DNA from: an uncultured Gammaproteobacteria bacterium
GTDB taxonomy: Bacteria; Pseudomonadota; Gammaproteobacteria; Arenicellales; JAANXG01
Length of the DNA stretch: 64,000 nucleotides
Direction: 5' to 3'
Assembly (NCBI GenBank): GCA_963731035.1
Contig: CAVSUY010000022.1
Coordinates: 81,962 to 145,961, forward strand
The position numbers and the translations under genes were made by a program. Shown piece by piece: positions 49,962-61,051 of the stretch (the first letter of the stretch is position 1; each line of letters begins with the position of its first letter). The notes below the pieces were generated by a model. That model had not been told where the DNA came from. It saw only the letters and a program-made list of their open reading frames with translations, and did no database searches.

Positions 49962-51269
49962 CTAAGTGCCAGGTTGCTCGGTCAACTCCGCAAGGGAGAT
50001 CTTCTTTTCCTTTACGTCCGCGCCCTCGAGCAACAGCTCGACGACCTGTTCCTCGAGGATCGTGGATTCGATCTGCTGCATCCGTTCGCGGCTGCTATAG
50101 TACCACTGCACGAAAGCCTCGGGCTGCTCGTAGCTGGCAGCCATCTTTTCTATCCTTTCCTTGACCTTGTCCGGGTCGGGCTTCAGCTCGTTGCGCTGCA
50201 CGATTTCCGACAGGATCAGCCCCATTGCCACCCGCCGCTTCGCGTCCTCGCGGTACGACTCCCGGTCGGGATTAAACCGGTCCGTGGGGACGCCCTGCTG
50301 CTCCAGCAGCGACCTGTTCATGGCAATGATATTGTCTATCTCGCGTTCCACCAGCTTTGCCGGCAGCTCGAGGTTGTTCTCGCGGATCAGGGCATCCATC
50401 ACGCGCGACCGCGTCAGCCTGCTGACCCGTTCGTCCCGCTCGCGGGCCAGATTATCGGCAATCTCGCGCCGAAATGCCTCCACGTCTCCGCTTTCGATTC
50501 CAAACGATTCGATGAACTCCTCGTTGACTTCGGGCAGAACCGGCTCCGCGACCTCTTTCACCTGGATCTCGAACTCCACCGCCTTCCCCGCCACGGCCTC
50601 GCCATGGTAGTCGTCCGGGAAGTCCACCTTCACGGTGCGCTGCTCGCCGGCCTTGGCACCCATGATTCCCTTCTCGAAGTCCTCGATGAACTGGCCTTCT
50701 CCCAGCACCACCTTGTAGTCGTCGGCCTCGCCGCCGGCGAACGGCTCGCCGTCGACGGCGCCCTTGAAATCGATGCACACCTGGTCGCCTTCCTGGGCCG
50801 CCCGTTCCACCGCCTCGTAAGTTACGCGCTGCCTGCGCATCGACGCCAGCGTCCGCTCGACGTCCTCGTCGCCGACCTCGCACACGGGCCGTTCGATGAC
50901 CACGCCTTTCAGGTCCGGTCTCGGAACCTCCGGGTAGACGTCGAAGCTGGCGGTGTACTCGAGGTCCTTGCCGCGCCCCATGGACTTGGGCTCGATCTCC
51001 GGGGCACCGGCCGGTACCAGGTTCTCCTGGGTGAATGCCTCCTTGAGCGAACTCTCGATGAGGCTGCCGGCGACCTCGTGCAGGACTTGCTCGCCATAGC
51101 GGGCATCGATGATCTTCAGGGGTGCCTTGCCCGGCCGGAAACCCGGTAGCCGGGCGCTCTTTGCCAGGTTCTTGAGCCGGGTCTGGATCTGCTGCTCGAC
51201 CTCGTCCGCGGGTATGGCGACGTTCATCATTCGGCCCAGGTTGCCGGTGTTTTCAATGGATACTTGCAT
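49962..51269 (-). CDS. tig: Trigger factor
   Basis: MQVSIENTGNLGRMMNVAIPADEVE..., GFRPGKAP ribosome-binding motif and an FKBP-like middle domain. 435 aa. Confidence 0.95.
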   Translation of the reverse strand: MQVSIENTGNLGRMMNVAIPADEVEQQIQTRLKNLAKSARLPGFRPGKAPLKIIDARYGEQVLHEVAGSLIESSLKEAFTQENLVPAGAPEIEPKSMGRGKDLEYTASFDVYPEVPRPDLKGVVIERPVCEVGDEDVERTLASMRRQRVTYEAVERAAQEGDQVCIDFKGAVDGEPFAGGEADDYKVVLGEGQFIEDFEKGIMGAKAGEQRTVKVDFPDDYHGEAVAGKAVEFEIQVKEVAEPVLPEVNEEFIESFGIESGDVEAFRREIADNLARERDERVSRLTRSRVMDALIRENNLELPAKLVEREIDNIIAMNRSLLEQQGVPTDRFNPDRESYREDAKRRVAMGLILSEIVQRNELKPDPDKVKERIEKMAASYEQPEAFVQWYYSSRERMQQIESTILEEQVVELLLEGADVKEKKISLAELTEQPGT

Positions 51270-51579
51270 TCAGCGCCTCAGAGGGTTTCCTGTTCGATGT
51301 CGTCTCTTATAAATATAAGTAATGCTGCCACGCCAGCGAGGTCTCGAGCCCGGCTTTGCCGGAACGCGCCCGAATATACAATTTCCCACCGCGCGACCGT
51401 CGAATCCATCGCCGGGGGTGTGGGTCGACGAAAGAAGAGCGCAGATCGGCGCCGGACATGAGCCTTACCCCCAAGTCTAAAGGAACATCTGATGGAACAT
51501 GGGTATTGTCCTGTGTCGCGGCCCGGGAATTCAAGCGGCCGCCGCCAAAGGCCCCGGGAGGCCGGCTACGGCGCAGGAC

Positions 51580-51667
<88 letters not shown>

Positions 51668-51984
51668 GCGCCGTCTCGATTCTCCGGCCGCGCGCGGCCC
51701 CGAAGGGGGCGGTTTATACCACGCACCGGGGGTGCGATGGAATCTCGCGAAACCCTCGGCAGCGCCCCGGCGCGCGCCGGAGATCCAGTCCCCGGGTCGC
51801 GAATTCTGTTGGGCTTTGGTGCAATTCCGGCAGCGCGAGGGGAGGCTTGAGCGTGGTGCCCGACCGGACGGCTCCGCCACAGCACCGTTTGTCGGCAACT
51901 GGGTCGCGGCCTTCTTTCTGGAGGACCTGACGCTGCCTCTGAACCATTAGTGACAACCCGGACGACCCGCTGCTACGTCCCCCG

Positions 51985-54027
51985 TCAATCCTCCTTCTTC
52001 TCGAACCGCGCCACCAACTCTTTCTGCAGGTTGGCCGGCAGCGGATCATAGTGACTCAACTGCATGGTGTAGGATCCTTCCCCACCGGTCATGGAGTTCA
52101 GCTTGGACTGGTAATCCTCCAGCTCCGCCAGCGGCGCCTGGCCCTCCACCATCACGAAACCGCCCGCCAGCACGTTGGTATTCGATACCCGCCCTCGCCG
52201 CTGCGACAGGTCGCCGGTGATATCTCCCATCTTGTCGTTGGGGACCGTGACCTCGATATTGACGATCGGCTCCAGGACAATGGGCTTGGCCTTGTCGACG
52301 GCATCCTGAAACGCCTTGCGCCCGGCGGTAATGAACGACACCTCGTTGGAGTCCACGGAATGAAACTTGCCGTCATGGACCGCAACCCGCACGTCCTGCA
52401 TGGGATAGCCGGCGATGGCGCCACGGTTGTACACCTCGCGGACGCCTTTCTCGATGGACGGAATGAACTGGCCCGGAATCACCCCTCCGACCACCTTATC
52501 GACGAACTCAAAACCGGAGCCGCGCTTCAGCGGCTCGATGTTGAGAGATACCTCGCCGAACTGGCCGGCGCCGCCGGACTGTTTCTTGTGCCGGTGGTGG
52601 CCTTCGGCCTTCTTGGTGATGGTCTCGCGGTAGGGGATCGTCGGCGGCTTGCTCTCCACGGCAACATTGTAGATCTCCTCCATGCGTTCCAGCGCCGAGC
52701 GCAGGTGGAGATCCCCCTGGCCGCGCAGGATCATCTCGTTGACCTGGGTATCCCGTTCCACGGAAAGCCCGGGATCCTCTTCGGTGAGCTTGTCCAGTGC
52801 CTCGGCGAGCTTCTGCTCATCGCCCCGCTTTTGCGGCTTGACCGCCAGCCCGGCCAGCGGCACCGGGACCTCCGGCGGCTGCATTCTGAGCTGGGCGTCC
52901 TCGGCGCTGTTGTGCAACACCGCCCCCAGGCGGATATCCGAGACCTTGGCCACCGCGCACAGGTCGCCCGCGATGCCCTTTTCGATCTCCTCGTGCTTGC
53001 CGCCGTTCATCTTGAACAAGTGACCCACTTTGAAAGGCTTGGCGGCGTCGTCGATGTACAGCTCGGTGTCCTTGGTGACGGTGCCGCGATGGATGCGGAA
53101 CACGCCGAGCTTGCCCACGTAGGGATCGTGGGTCACCTTGACGACGTGGCACAGGGCATTACCGTCCACATCGGGCTTCACCGAAACAGGCTCGACCCCT
53201 TCTTCGGTCTCGCGTACGAACGAGGGCTTGTTGCCCTCGGCGGGATTGGGAAGCAGCTTCTCGATGATTTCCAGCAACTCGGGCACGCCGGTTCCCTCCT
53301 TGGCGGAGACGAAGCACACCGGTACCAGGTGCCCGTCGCGCAGCGCCTCCTCGAACGCATCGTGGAGCGCGCCCGGCTCCAGCTTGCCGTGCTCCAGGTA
53401 CTGTTCCATCAGCTCTTCGTCCACTTCCACGGTCTGGTCGATCACCGCGGTGTGGGCCTCCTCCACCGACCAGAAGTCCGACTTCCCGGATGGGTTGAAG
53501 AAGCAGTCCACGACCTTGGTCCGGTTCTCCGCGGGCAGGTTGATGGCCATGCACTCGTCGCCAAAGTTCTCCCGGATCTGTGCCAGCAGCCCTTCGAGAT
53601 CGACGCCCTCGGCGTCGATGTGGTTCACCACGATCATCCGGCACTGCTTACGCTGTGACGTCCACTGCGCGAAGCGGCGGGTCATGGTCTGAATGCCCGT
53701 CCGAGCATCGACCACCATGGCGGCGGTCTCCACTGCCGGCAGCGCGCCCAGCGCGTGGCCGACGAAGTCGGGATATCCCGGCGTGTCGACGAGGTTGATA
53801 TGACAGCCGCCGTGATCGACGCTGACGAGAGCGGAGCGCAGCGAATGATGGTGCTTGCGTTCCAGGGGATCGTCGTCCGCCACGGTGTTTCCCTTCTCAA
53901 CTTCACCTGGTGTCTGTATGGCGCCGGCGGCATGCAGCAGCGACTCGATCAGGGTGGTCTTGCCGGACCCGGCATGTCCCACCAGTGCGATATTGCGGAT
54001 GTCTTCGACAGAATAATCAGACATCAC
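51985..54027 (-). CDS. Elongation factor G paralogue (EF-G-like GTPase)
   Basis: G1 GHAGSGKTT, DTPGYPDF, and domains II-V are recognisable. 680 aa. It stands alone and is not in an rpsL-rpsG-fusA-tuf context. Confidence 0.85.
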   Translation of the reverse strand: MMSDYSVEDIRNIALVGHAGSGKTTLIESLLHAAGAIQTPGEVEKGNTVADDDPLERKHHHSLRSALVSVDHGGCHINLVDTPGYPDFVGHALGALPAVETAAMVVDARTGIQTMTRRFAQWTSQRKQCRMIVVNHIDAEGVDLEGLLAQIRENFGDECMAINLPAENRTKVVDCFFNPSGKSDFWSVEEAHTAVIDQTVEVDEELMEQYLEHGKLEPGALHDAFEEALRDGHLVPVCFVSAKEGTGVPELLEIIEKLLPNPAEGNKPSFVRETEEGVEPVSVKPDVDGNALCHVVKVTHDPYVGKLGVFRIHRGTVTKDTELYIDDAAKPFKVGHLFKMNGGKHEEIEKGIAGDLCAVAKVSDIRLGAVLHNSAEDAQLRMQPPEVPVPLAGLAVKPQKRGDEQKLAEALDKLTEEDPGLSVERDTQVNEMILRGQGDLHLRSALERMEEIYNVAVESKPPTIPYRETITKKAEGHHRHKKQSGGAGQFGEVSLNIEPLKRGSGFEFVDKVVGGVIPGQFIPSIEKGVREVYNRGAIAGYPMQDVRVAVHDGKFHSVDSNEVSFITAGRKAFQDAVDKAKPIVLEPIVNIEVTVPNDKMGDITGDLSQRRGRVSNTNVLAGGFVMVEGQAPLAELEDYQSKLNSMTGGEGSYTMQLSHYDPLPANLQKELVARFEKKED

Positions 54028-54324
54028 TCAAACCCTCCAGTGTAAACTATTGATTTATTTAAACTATATCGCCGCCGGGGAACGACGCCCAAGACTGCGT
54101 CCAAGACTGCGCCCGGAGACGACCGACTGAAAAGCGGGCAAGGGATGCCAGCCTATCGGAAAAACGCTGGGGGCGCCAATTCCGGCCCCATACCCGGCCC
54201 AGCGCCCCACGAGTCTACTGCTCCACGCGATACGGAACCCGGTTGGAGTTCCGTTTCCGGGAAGCGTTCCCGTATCATGTGTGGGTTCGACCCGACGAGC
54301 AAAACTATTAATAAGGAGTACCAC

Positions 54325-54468
54325 GTGACCCTCCATATCCAAGTTGCACCCCTCATCTCCCTCATCGCCGGCATCGGCATACTGGTTTTCCCCAAGCTGC
54401 TGAACTACATCGTCGCGGTCTACCTGATCGTGCTCGGTATCCTCGGCATGCTGGGCCACGGTTTCTAG
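54325..54468 (+). CDS. Small DUF3096-like membrane protein
   Basis: GTG start 7 nt after AAGGAG. 47 aa with two hydrophobic helices (APLISLIAGIGILVFPKLLNYIVAVYLIVLGILGML). Confidence 0.55.
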   Translation: MTLHIQVAPLISLIAGIGILVFPKLLNYIVAVYLIVLGILGMLGHGF

Positions 54469-54613
54469 CCCGCGCCGGACGAATTCCCCGTGTAACGGAT
54501 TGGCTCGCCGGCGTCGCCACACGTCGACACTTTCTTCGCAAAGCGGCTCGGCGTCTGCCTTAGAATAGCCGGCACCCACGGAGGGAAACTCCTCCAATGA
54601 CCCGAGCGTATTC

Positions 54614-55348
54614 ATGGCCAAACCATTCCTCATCATCCAGCTCAGGCCCGAGAACGAGACGGCGGACAGCGAGTTCGAGGCGATCCTGCGGTACGGCGGC
54701 CTGGGTGGAGACGAGGTGGTCCGTGCCCGGGTCGAGCGCACCGGGCTGCCTGAGATCGTTCTCGAGGACTACGCCGCCATCATCGTCGGGGGCAGCCCGT
54801 TCGACATGAGCATGCCGGAGGACTGCAAGAGCGATATTCAAAGAACCATCGAGGGCGGTTTCATGGAGCTCCTGACGCGGGTAGTCGACATCGACTTCCC
54901 GTTTCTCGGCGCCTGCTCCGGAAACAGCCTGCTGGGCACGTTCTGCGGGGCCCGGATCTCGACGCGATACGCCGAGCCGGTCGGCGGCGTGGACGTCTCG
55001 CTCACCGAGGAAGGCAGGAAAGATCCCCTGCTGGCGGGCCTGCCGGCGACGTTCCGCGTCCTGCTGGGGCACAAAGAGGCCTGCGAAGACATCCCGCCCG
55101 GCGCGGCGCTGCTGGCAAGCTCGGATTCGTGCCCGGTGCAGATGTTCCGGGTGGGCCGCAACGTCTACGCCACGCAGTTTCATCCGGAGGGCGATCTCGA
55201 AGGATTTACCGTGCGCATCCACGCCTACAAGCACCATGGCTACTTCCCGCCGGAGGCCGCCGACAAATTGATAGCAGCGGTGGCCGCCGAGCATACGCCG
55301 CATCCCAAGGAGATACTGGCTCGCTTCGTCAGCCGATATCGGTCGTGA
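54614..55348 (+). CDS. Class I glutamine amidotransferase-like protein
   Basis: Nucleophile elbow LGACSGNSLL and the FHPE motif (ATQFHPEGD). 244 aa. Confidence 0.75.
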   Translation: MAKPFLIIQLRPENETADSEFEAILRYGGLGGDEVVRARVERTGLPEIVLEDYAAIIVGGSPFDMSMPEDCKSDIQRTIEGGFMELLTRVVDIDFPFLGACSGNSLLGTFCGARISTRYAEPVGGVDVSLTEEGRKDPLLAGLPATFRVLLGHKEACEDIPPGAALLASSDSCPVQMFRVGRNVYATQFHPEGDLEGFTVRIHAYKHHGYFPPEAADKLIAAVAAEHTPHPKEILARFVSRYRS

Positions 55349-55377
55349 GGCGCATGATCGGCAAGATCGAGATTCAA

Positions 55378-56889
55378 TCAGACCTGCGCGGACGCCGGAC
55401 TATGCAGTGCCGGGCTCCTGGCCTGTGCCACCGCCCGCGCCCAGCCCGCGAGTAACTGCTCCCTGCGCTCGGACGGCATCCGCGGCCGGAAGACCTGGTC
55501 GACCTGCCATTGGCCGGCAATTTCATCGCGATCCTGCCAGAATCCAACAGCGAGCCCCGCGAGGTAGGCCGCACCCAGCGCAGTGGTCTCGGTCACCCTG
55601 GGTCGTACGACGGGCACGTCCATCACGTCCGCCTGGAACTGCATCAGCAGGTCGTTGACCGATGCGCCGCCGTCGACCCGCAGCTCTTCGATCCGCATGC
55701 CGGCGTCCACCTGCATGGCATGAAGCAGATCGCTGGACTGAAAGGCGATCGATTCCAGGGCGGCACGGGCCAGGTGGGCCGCCGAGGTGCCGCGGGTGAT
55801 ACCGGTGATGATGCCGCGGGCGTGGGGGTCCCAATGCGGCGCCCCAAGGCCCGCGAAGGCGGGCACCACGTAGACGCCATCGGATTCCTCGACCTCACGG
55901 GCCAGCTTCTCGATCTCGTTCGATGACGAAATGAGACCCACTTCATCCCGCAGCCACTGAACCACTGCGCCGCCGATGAATACACTGCCCTCCAAGGCAT
56001 AGTCGGTCCGGCCTTCCACTTGCCAGGCGATGGTGGTAAGCAGTTTGTGCCGCGACGCCACCGGTCGGCCGCCGGTGTTCATCAACATGAAGCAGCCGGT
56101 CCCGTAGGTGTTCTTGACCATGCCCCGGCGAGTGCAGACCTGGCCGAACAGCGCCGCGTGCTGGTCGCCGGCCATGCCGGCTATGGGGATGCGCCCGTTG
56201 AACAGCTCGCTCGCCGTCACGCCGTACACTTCACTGCTGGAGCGCACCTCCGGGAGCATGGATGGAGGAACGCCCAGAATATCGAGGAGCTCCGCGTCCC
56301 ACCGCTTGCGGTGAATGTTGTACATCAATGTCCGGCTCGCGTTGGTCGCATCGGTGACGTGCGCCTCGCCAGTCGTCATCCTCCATACCAGCCACGAATC
56401 CACCGTGCCGAACGCCAGCTCTCCCCGTTCGGCCTTGGCGCGGGCGCCGTCCACGTTGTCGAGGATCCACTTGACCTTGGTGCCGGAGAAGTAAGGATCG
56501 AGGACCAGGCCGGTCATATCCCGGAACCGGTCTTCGTATCCCTCGCCCTTGAGCTGATCGGTGTACGATGCCGTACGCCGGTCCAGCCACACGATCGCGT
56601 TGTAGACAGGGGTGCCCGTCCGCCGGTCCCATACCACCGTGGTTTCACGTTGATTGGCGATGCCCACCGCGGCTATGTCGGCTGGGCCGGCTCCGGCCCT
56701 GGCAAGGGCCTTGGCAGCGACCTCCATCTGGGAATCCCAGATGTCGTTCGGATCGTGCTCCACCCAGCCGGGCCGCGGGTATATCTGCTCGAACTCCTTC
56801 TGCGCCGCCGACACGACCGAGCCGCGACGATCGAACAGAATGGCACGGGAACTGGTGGTGCCTTGATCCAGGGCGAGGATGTAGGACAT
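55378..56889 (-). CDS. glpK: Glycerol kinase
   Basis: [20 protein letters not shown]..., FGGY-family motifs throughout. 503 aa. Confidence 0.95.
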   Translation of the reverse strand: MSYILALDQGTTSSRAILFDRRGSVVSAAQKEFEQIYPRPGWVEHDPNDIWDSQMEVAAKALARAGAGPADIAAVGIANQRETTVVWDRRTGTPVYNAIVWLDRRTASYTDQLKGEGYEDRFRDMTGLVLDPYFSGTKVKWILDNVDGARAKAERGELAFGTVDSWLVWRMTTGEAHVTDATNASRTLMYNIHRKRWDAELLDILGVPPSMLPEVRSSSEVYGVTASELFNGRIPIAGMAGDQHAALFGQVCTRRGMVKNTYGTGCFMLMNTGGRPVASRHKLLTTIAWQVEGRTDYALEGSVFIGGAVVQWLRDEVGLISSSNEIEKLAREVEESDGVYVVPAFAGLGAPHWDPHARGIITGITRGTSAAHLARAALESIAFQSSDLLHAMQVDAGMRIEELRVDGGASVNDLLMQFQADVMDVPVVRPRVTETTALGAAYLAGLAVGFWQDRDEIAGQWQVDQVFRPRMPSERREQLLAGWARAVAQARSPALHSPASAQV

Positions 56890-56952
56890 GGGGACGGAAT
56901 CTACGCTCTTTGTGGTGCCGTCCGCCGCGCTGGTGCCGCTCTTATAGAGCTT

Positions 56953-58158
56953 CTAGCCGGGACGACCGTCATCCCGCGGCCGAACGAGGATCGGAATCAG
57001 CAACCCGGCGAGCCCCGAGAACGCAAGGATCCAGGCGATCTGAGATGCCGCGATCCAGAAGATGTAGTGGCGCATGTCGGCCAGGGGCAGCAATACCCGG
57101 AAACCGGCTCCCACCACGAGCACGAACAGGAACCAGAATACGGCGACCGGCGGCGTATGAACGTTCCTCCCGGTATGCCCGAGGGAGACCCGCGTCATCA
57201 TGCTCAGCGTCACGAGGCCGATGCCGCCGTAGGTCAGACTGTGGATGGCCACGAACCTCGATACGTCGCCGAAACCGCTCCACGCCAGCAGCAGGAATCC
57301 CAGGACAATGAAGGCGTACGCGACATACAGGCTCCACAGAAGCGGCTTCTTCCAGATTCCGGGCGTATACCAGCCGACAAGCCGTACGAGATTCGCCACG
57401 AACAATGCTCCCGACAGGTACGCGACGGGACGCCCGGCCGAGCCGAACACATCGGCAACGAACATTGCGACGAACAGAACAGGGATCGCCCGGTCGATCC
57501 ATCTCGAGTTGAACAAGGTTACCGGATAGTCCACGCCACCTTGAATGAACAGGGGTATCACCCGGCGGCCCATTACCAGTATGAGCCCAATGACCAGATA
57601 AAGACCTCCGTAAACGCCCCACTCGACGCCCGCCCCCAGGTGCCCCAGGCTACCCAGGTAGAATACGGTGTTGCCCGCCGCGAAAAGCATGAGGATCATC
57701 AGTATGCCGACCTGTTTCCACTTGCCGGCGCGAAAGACCGGGTACGCGAAGGCGACGACCAGTCCGGTGGAGAACAGGACGTCCAGCACCGCGGCCGAAT
57801 GAATCAACGCGGTGCCGAACAGCATGCACACCCTGGCGGCGGCCCACAGGCCGAAGAGCACCAGGAGCGGCGAGCCGTTCACCGTCTGGATACCCGTCCA
57901 GTTCTTGGCGGCGGTCAACAGGAACCCCGCGATCACCGCCAGGCTGTAACCGTAGATCATTTCGTGCGCGTGCCACTGAAACGGTGACAGTCCCGCAATC
58001 GGCGGCCCGGTACCGACGGTATACACCAGTGTCCAAGCACCCGCGGTTATCACGGCGAAGACCACGGCGCCGACAAAAAACGGCCGGAAACCCAGGGCCA
58101 GCACTGCGGCAGTATCAACTCGATGAACGGCATGGGACATATTGCGTGGATCTCTCAC
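56953..58158 (-). CDS. NnrS family membrane protein
   Basis: About 12 TM helices. LGFRPFF...WHAHEMIYGY... is the conserved His pattern of the NnrS family. The start is 58158 or 58140. Confidence 0.8.
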   Translation of the reverse strand: MRDPRNMSHAVHRVDTAAVLALGFRPFFVGAVVFAVITAGAWTLVYTVGTGPPIAGLSPFQWHAHEMIYGYSLAVIAGFLLTAAKNWTGIQTVNGSPLLVLFGLWAAARVCMLFGTALIHSAAVLDVLFSTGLVVAFAYPVFRAGKWKQVGILMILMLFAAGNTVFYLGSLGHLGAGVEWGVYGGLYLVIGLILVMGRRVIPLFIQGGVDYPVTLFNSRWIDRAIPVLFVAMFVADVFGSAGRPVAYLSGALFVANLVRLVGWYTPGIWKKPLLWSLYVAYAFIVLGFLLLAWSGFGDVSRFVAIHSLTYGGIGLVTLSMMTRVSLGHTGRNVHTPPVAVFWFLFVLVVGAGFRVLLPLADMRHYIFWIAASQIAWILAFSGLAGLLIPILVRPRDDGRPG

Positions 58159-58300
58159 GGGGTTCAGTCGACCATAACCCGCCGCCAGTCCCCGGGCCCT
58201 TGACGGATGTCAAGGACGATCCGGTGCCGACGCCGCGCTATGGAGGGCCCGGGCAGCGCCCTGGCATCTTCGACCGCTGGTGCCCGCGCTTTATACCTGC

Positions 58301-58852
58301 CTAGAGCCTGGAAAGCGCTTTTTCGACGATTGCTTTTTCCATTTTCAGGTGCCGAGCCGCGTCATCGTTGCCGAAGCCAAGGCCCACGCTTGCATCGATC
58401 TTGACGCCGTGCTTGTCGTCCAGTACGTGCAGCCCGGCGCCTGCTTTCAAACCGCTTCCACCATAGTAAGCCGCGTCTCCGAGCCCGGGCACGTCCTGGA
58501 TCGCGTCTGCGTCCAGGAACTTACGCTCATTGTCGTAGAACGGCCTGAGTGAACCTTTGTCGACCATGGCCGCGGGAGCATCAGCCCTGCTCATGACGGA
58601 GATTTGCGCGAACTTCGGGTCAGTGTCCGAAGCGCTGTAGAAACAGATTTTCATGCCCACGGCATTGGCTTCCGTGTCGTGCCTGGTGGCCTTGATGTTG
58701 CCATCGGGAAACAGCGCTTTCACGTCGTCCACCGTCAGCAGTTTGCAGGGATCATAAGACTTCGCCGTACTTGTGGTACCGCTGGAGGAACACGCCGTTA
58801 GAGAAATGAGCGAGAGTGTAACCAGGGCGATAGAGGGGATAGGAATTTTCAT
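58301..58852 (-). CDS. Hypothetical lipoprotein
   Basis: ATG at 58852 gives MKIPIPSIALVTLSLISLTAC with lipobox L-T-A-C. Visibly lower GC than the core genes. No family recognised. Confidence 0.6.
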   Translation of the reverse strand: MKIPIPSIALVTLSLISLTACSSSGTTSTAKSYDPCKLLTVDDVKALFPDGNIKATRHDTEANAVGMKICFYSASDTDPKFAQISVMSRADAPAAMVDKGSLRPFYDNERKFLDADAIQDVPGLGDAAYYGGSGLKAGAGLHVLDDKHGVKIDASVGLGFGNDDAARHLKMEKAIVEKALSRL

Positions 58853-59316
58853 CGGAATTTCAACATACCGAACTACCACTATTCCACGGCACTCTCCCGG
58901 TTTCAACTCATCGCGGGCACGAGGCAGGAACGGACCCGCCCTCGAATGTCATTCGAGCATCTTCGGGAGGATTGAAGCCGAGAAGCACGACAAGATCCAA
59001 TGCCGGGGCGGCCACGAACTTTCCGCGGTCAAGCCTTGTGCCGACGACGTATTTTATCACCAAATAGTTGATTCAAGTCAATTCATCATGGGCGACGTCC
59101 GGTAGCCTGCGACGGACGTAAAGCGTTACAAACAAATAAAACATGATCAAGACAATCGTTATTCCGACCGATGGATCGGCGCCGTCCCATGGCGCCATGG
59201 AACTGGGCTGCGACCCCACCGGCAAGTACGGGGCCGGCGCTTTGCGTGGTATCGCACGGAGCTGTGTGAGCTTGCTCACTACTCTTACATTGCAGAAGCA
59301 GGCGAGGAGGCACGTC

Positions 59317-60992
59317 ATGTTGAAAACCAGGGTTCCAGCCGTCTTTGCGCTGCTGTTGTTGTGCCAGGGGGCCATGGCAGCTGAATGGACTTATCCGGGC
59401 GCGGGCGGTCAGATACGGCAGATTCCACCCGCCCCCAGCGAGCAACGAGCAGTCCCGGAAATCCGCAGGGAGCAAGGCAATGCGCCGGTCGTCCGGCTCC
59501 TGATAACACCAGAATTCTGGTCAAGTCGCTCCATGTGGTCGGCCAGACCCTGTATACCGAAGAGGCGCTGGTCGCGACCTCGGGGTTTGTGCCGGATCGC
59601 AAGCTGACGCTTACAGAGCTGCGCGGCATGGCGGCAAGGATTTCAGATTACTACCACAGGAACGGGTATTTCGTGGCGCAAGCGTACCTGCCGGAGCAGG
59701 AAATCAAGGACGGGGCAGTGACGATCGCCGTGCTCGAAGGCCGCTATGGCAGTGTCTCGCTGCAGAACCAGACAAACCTTTCGGACGCGCTGGCGAACGG
59801 TTTGATCAACGGCCTGGACAGCGGCGACGTAATCGCGATCGATCCGCTTGAGAACCGCCTTTTGCTTCTCTCCGACATTCCTGGAGTGCACGTGCAATCC
59901 ACCCTGACTCCCGGGACCTCGGTGGGCACGTCCGACCTGATCGTCGGTGTGACTCCGGGGCCGCGCGTGAGCGGCAGTGTCCAGGCCGACAACGCGGGCT
60001 ATTACTATACCGGCGAGAACCGCATAGGGGCGACGGTGAACTTGAACAACCCGACAGGACACGGCGACATGGCGACGCTGCGCGTACTGACTTCGGGTTC
60101 CGGAATGACTTATGGCCGCGCGTCCTACCAGATGCAGTTTGGCAGGGCGACGGTGGGGGTTGCCTATTCCGGGCTGGACTACAAGCTGGACAAGGAGTTC
60201 GGGAGCCTCGATGCCCACGGCACGGCCCGGATCGCGAGTGTCTTTGGCAGCTACCCGTTGATTCGCTCACGCAACACCAACCTCTACGTCCTCGCCGGCT
60301 TCGATGACAAGGAATTCGAGGACATCGTGGGCGCAACCTCGACGGTTACCAAAAAGTCGATCGAGGTGGGGTCGCTGGGCCTCGCCGGCAACCACCGTGA
60401 CGATATCGGTGGCGGCGGATTGAGCAGTTATTCGGTCACCGCGTTCGCCGGCACGCTCGACATCAAGACTCCCGAGGCGCTGGCCGTGGACGCGGCGACG
60501 GCGCAAGCCAACGGCTCGTACCAGAAGCTGGAGTTCAATGTCGAGCGGTTGCAGAGCGTCACTGAAGCGCTCTCGCTTTCCGCTTCTGTCCGCGGGCAGG
60601 TTGCGGCGCAGAATCTGGACAGCTCGGAGAAGATGGATCTGGGCGGTCCGTACGGAGTGCGGGCCTATCCGGTAGGCGAAGGCTATTCAGACGAGGGCTA
60701 TGTAGCGCATCTTGAGGCGAGATTACTGGTGCCGGGCTTCTCGGAGCATATGCCGGGGCAGGTGCATTTGATCGGTTTCTATGACATCGGCGCCGGCACC
60801 ATCAACAAGGACCCCTGGACGAATGAAGACAACCACAGAACCCTGAGCGCAGCAGGAGCGGGGATTACGTGGGCGGACGGCAACAATTTTTTCGCCAGCG
60901 CGTATTACGCCCGCAAAGTGGGTGACGAGATGGCGACAGCAGCCCCGGATTCGTCGGGCCGATACTGGCTGGGTGTCGCGAAATATTTTTGA
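59317..60992 (+). pseudogene. ShlB/FhaC/HecB-type two-partner-secretion transporter (TpsB), frame break near 59485-59500
   Basis: ATG at 59317 follows GAGGAGG. The signal peptide MLKTRVPAVFALLLLCQGAMAAE and IRQIPPAPSEQRAVPEI are in one frame. The POTRA and beta-barrel body (ILVKSLHVVGQTLYTEEAL ... ADNAGYYYTGENR ... YGVRAYP) is in the -1 frame, to 60992. Confidence 0.8.
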
Positions 60993-61051
60993 CCGGAGTG
61001 ATGGCGCGATTTCTGCTCCACGGGTATTTCATGAATAATGGAGTGACGAAA

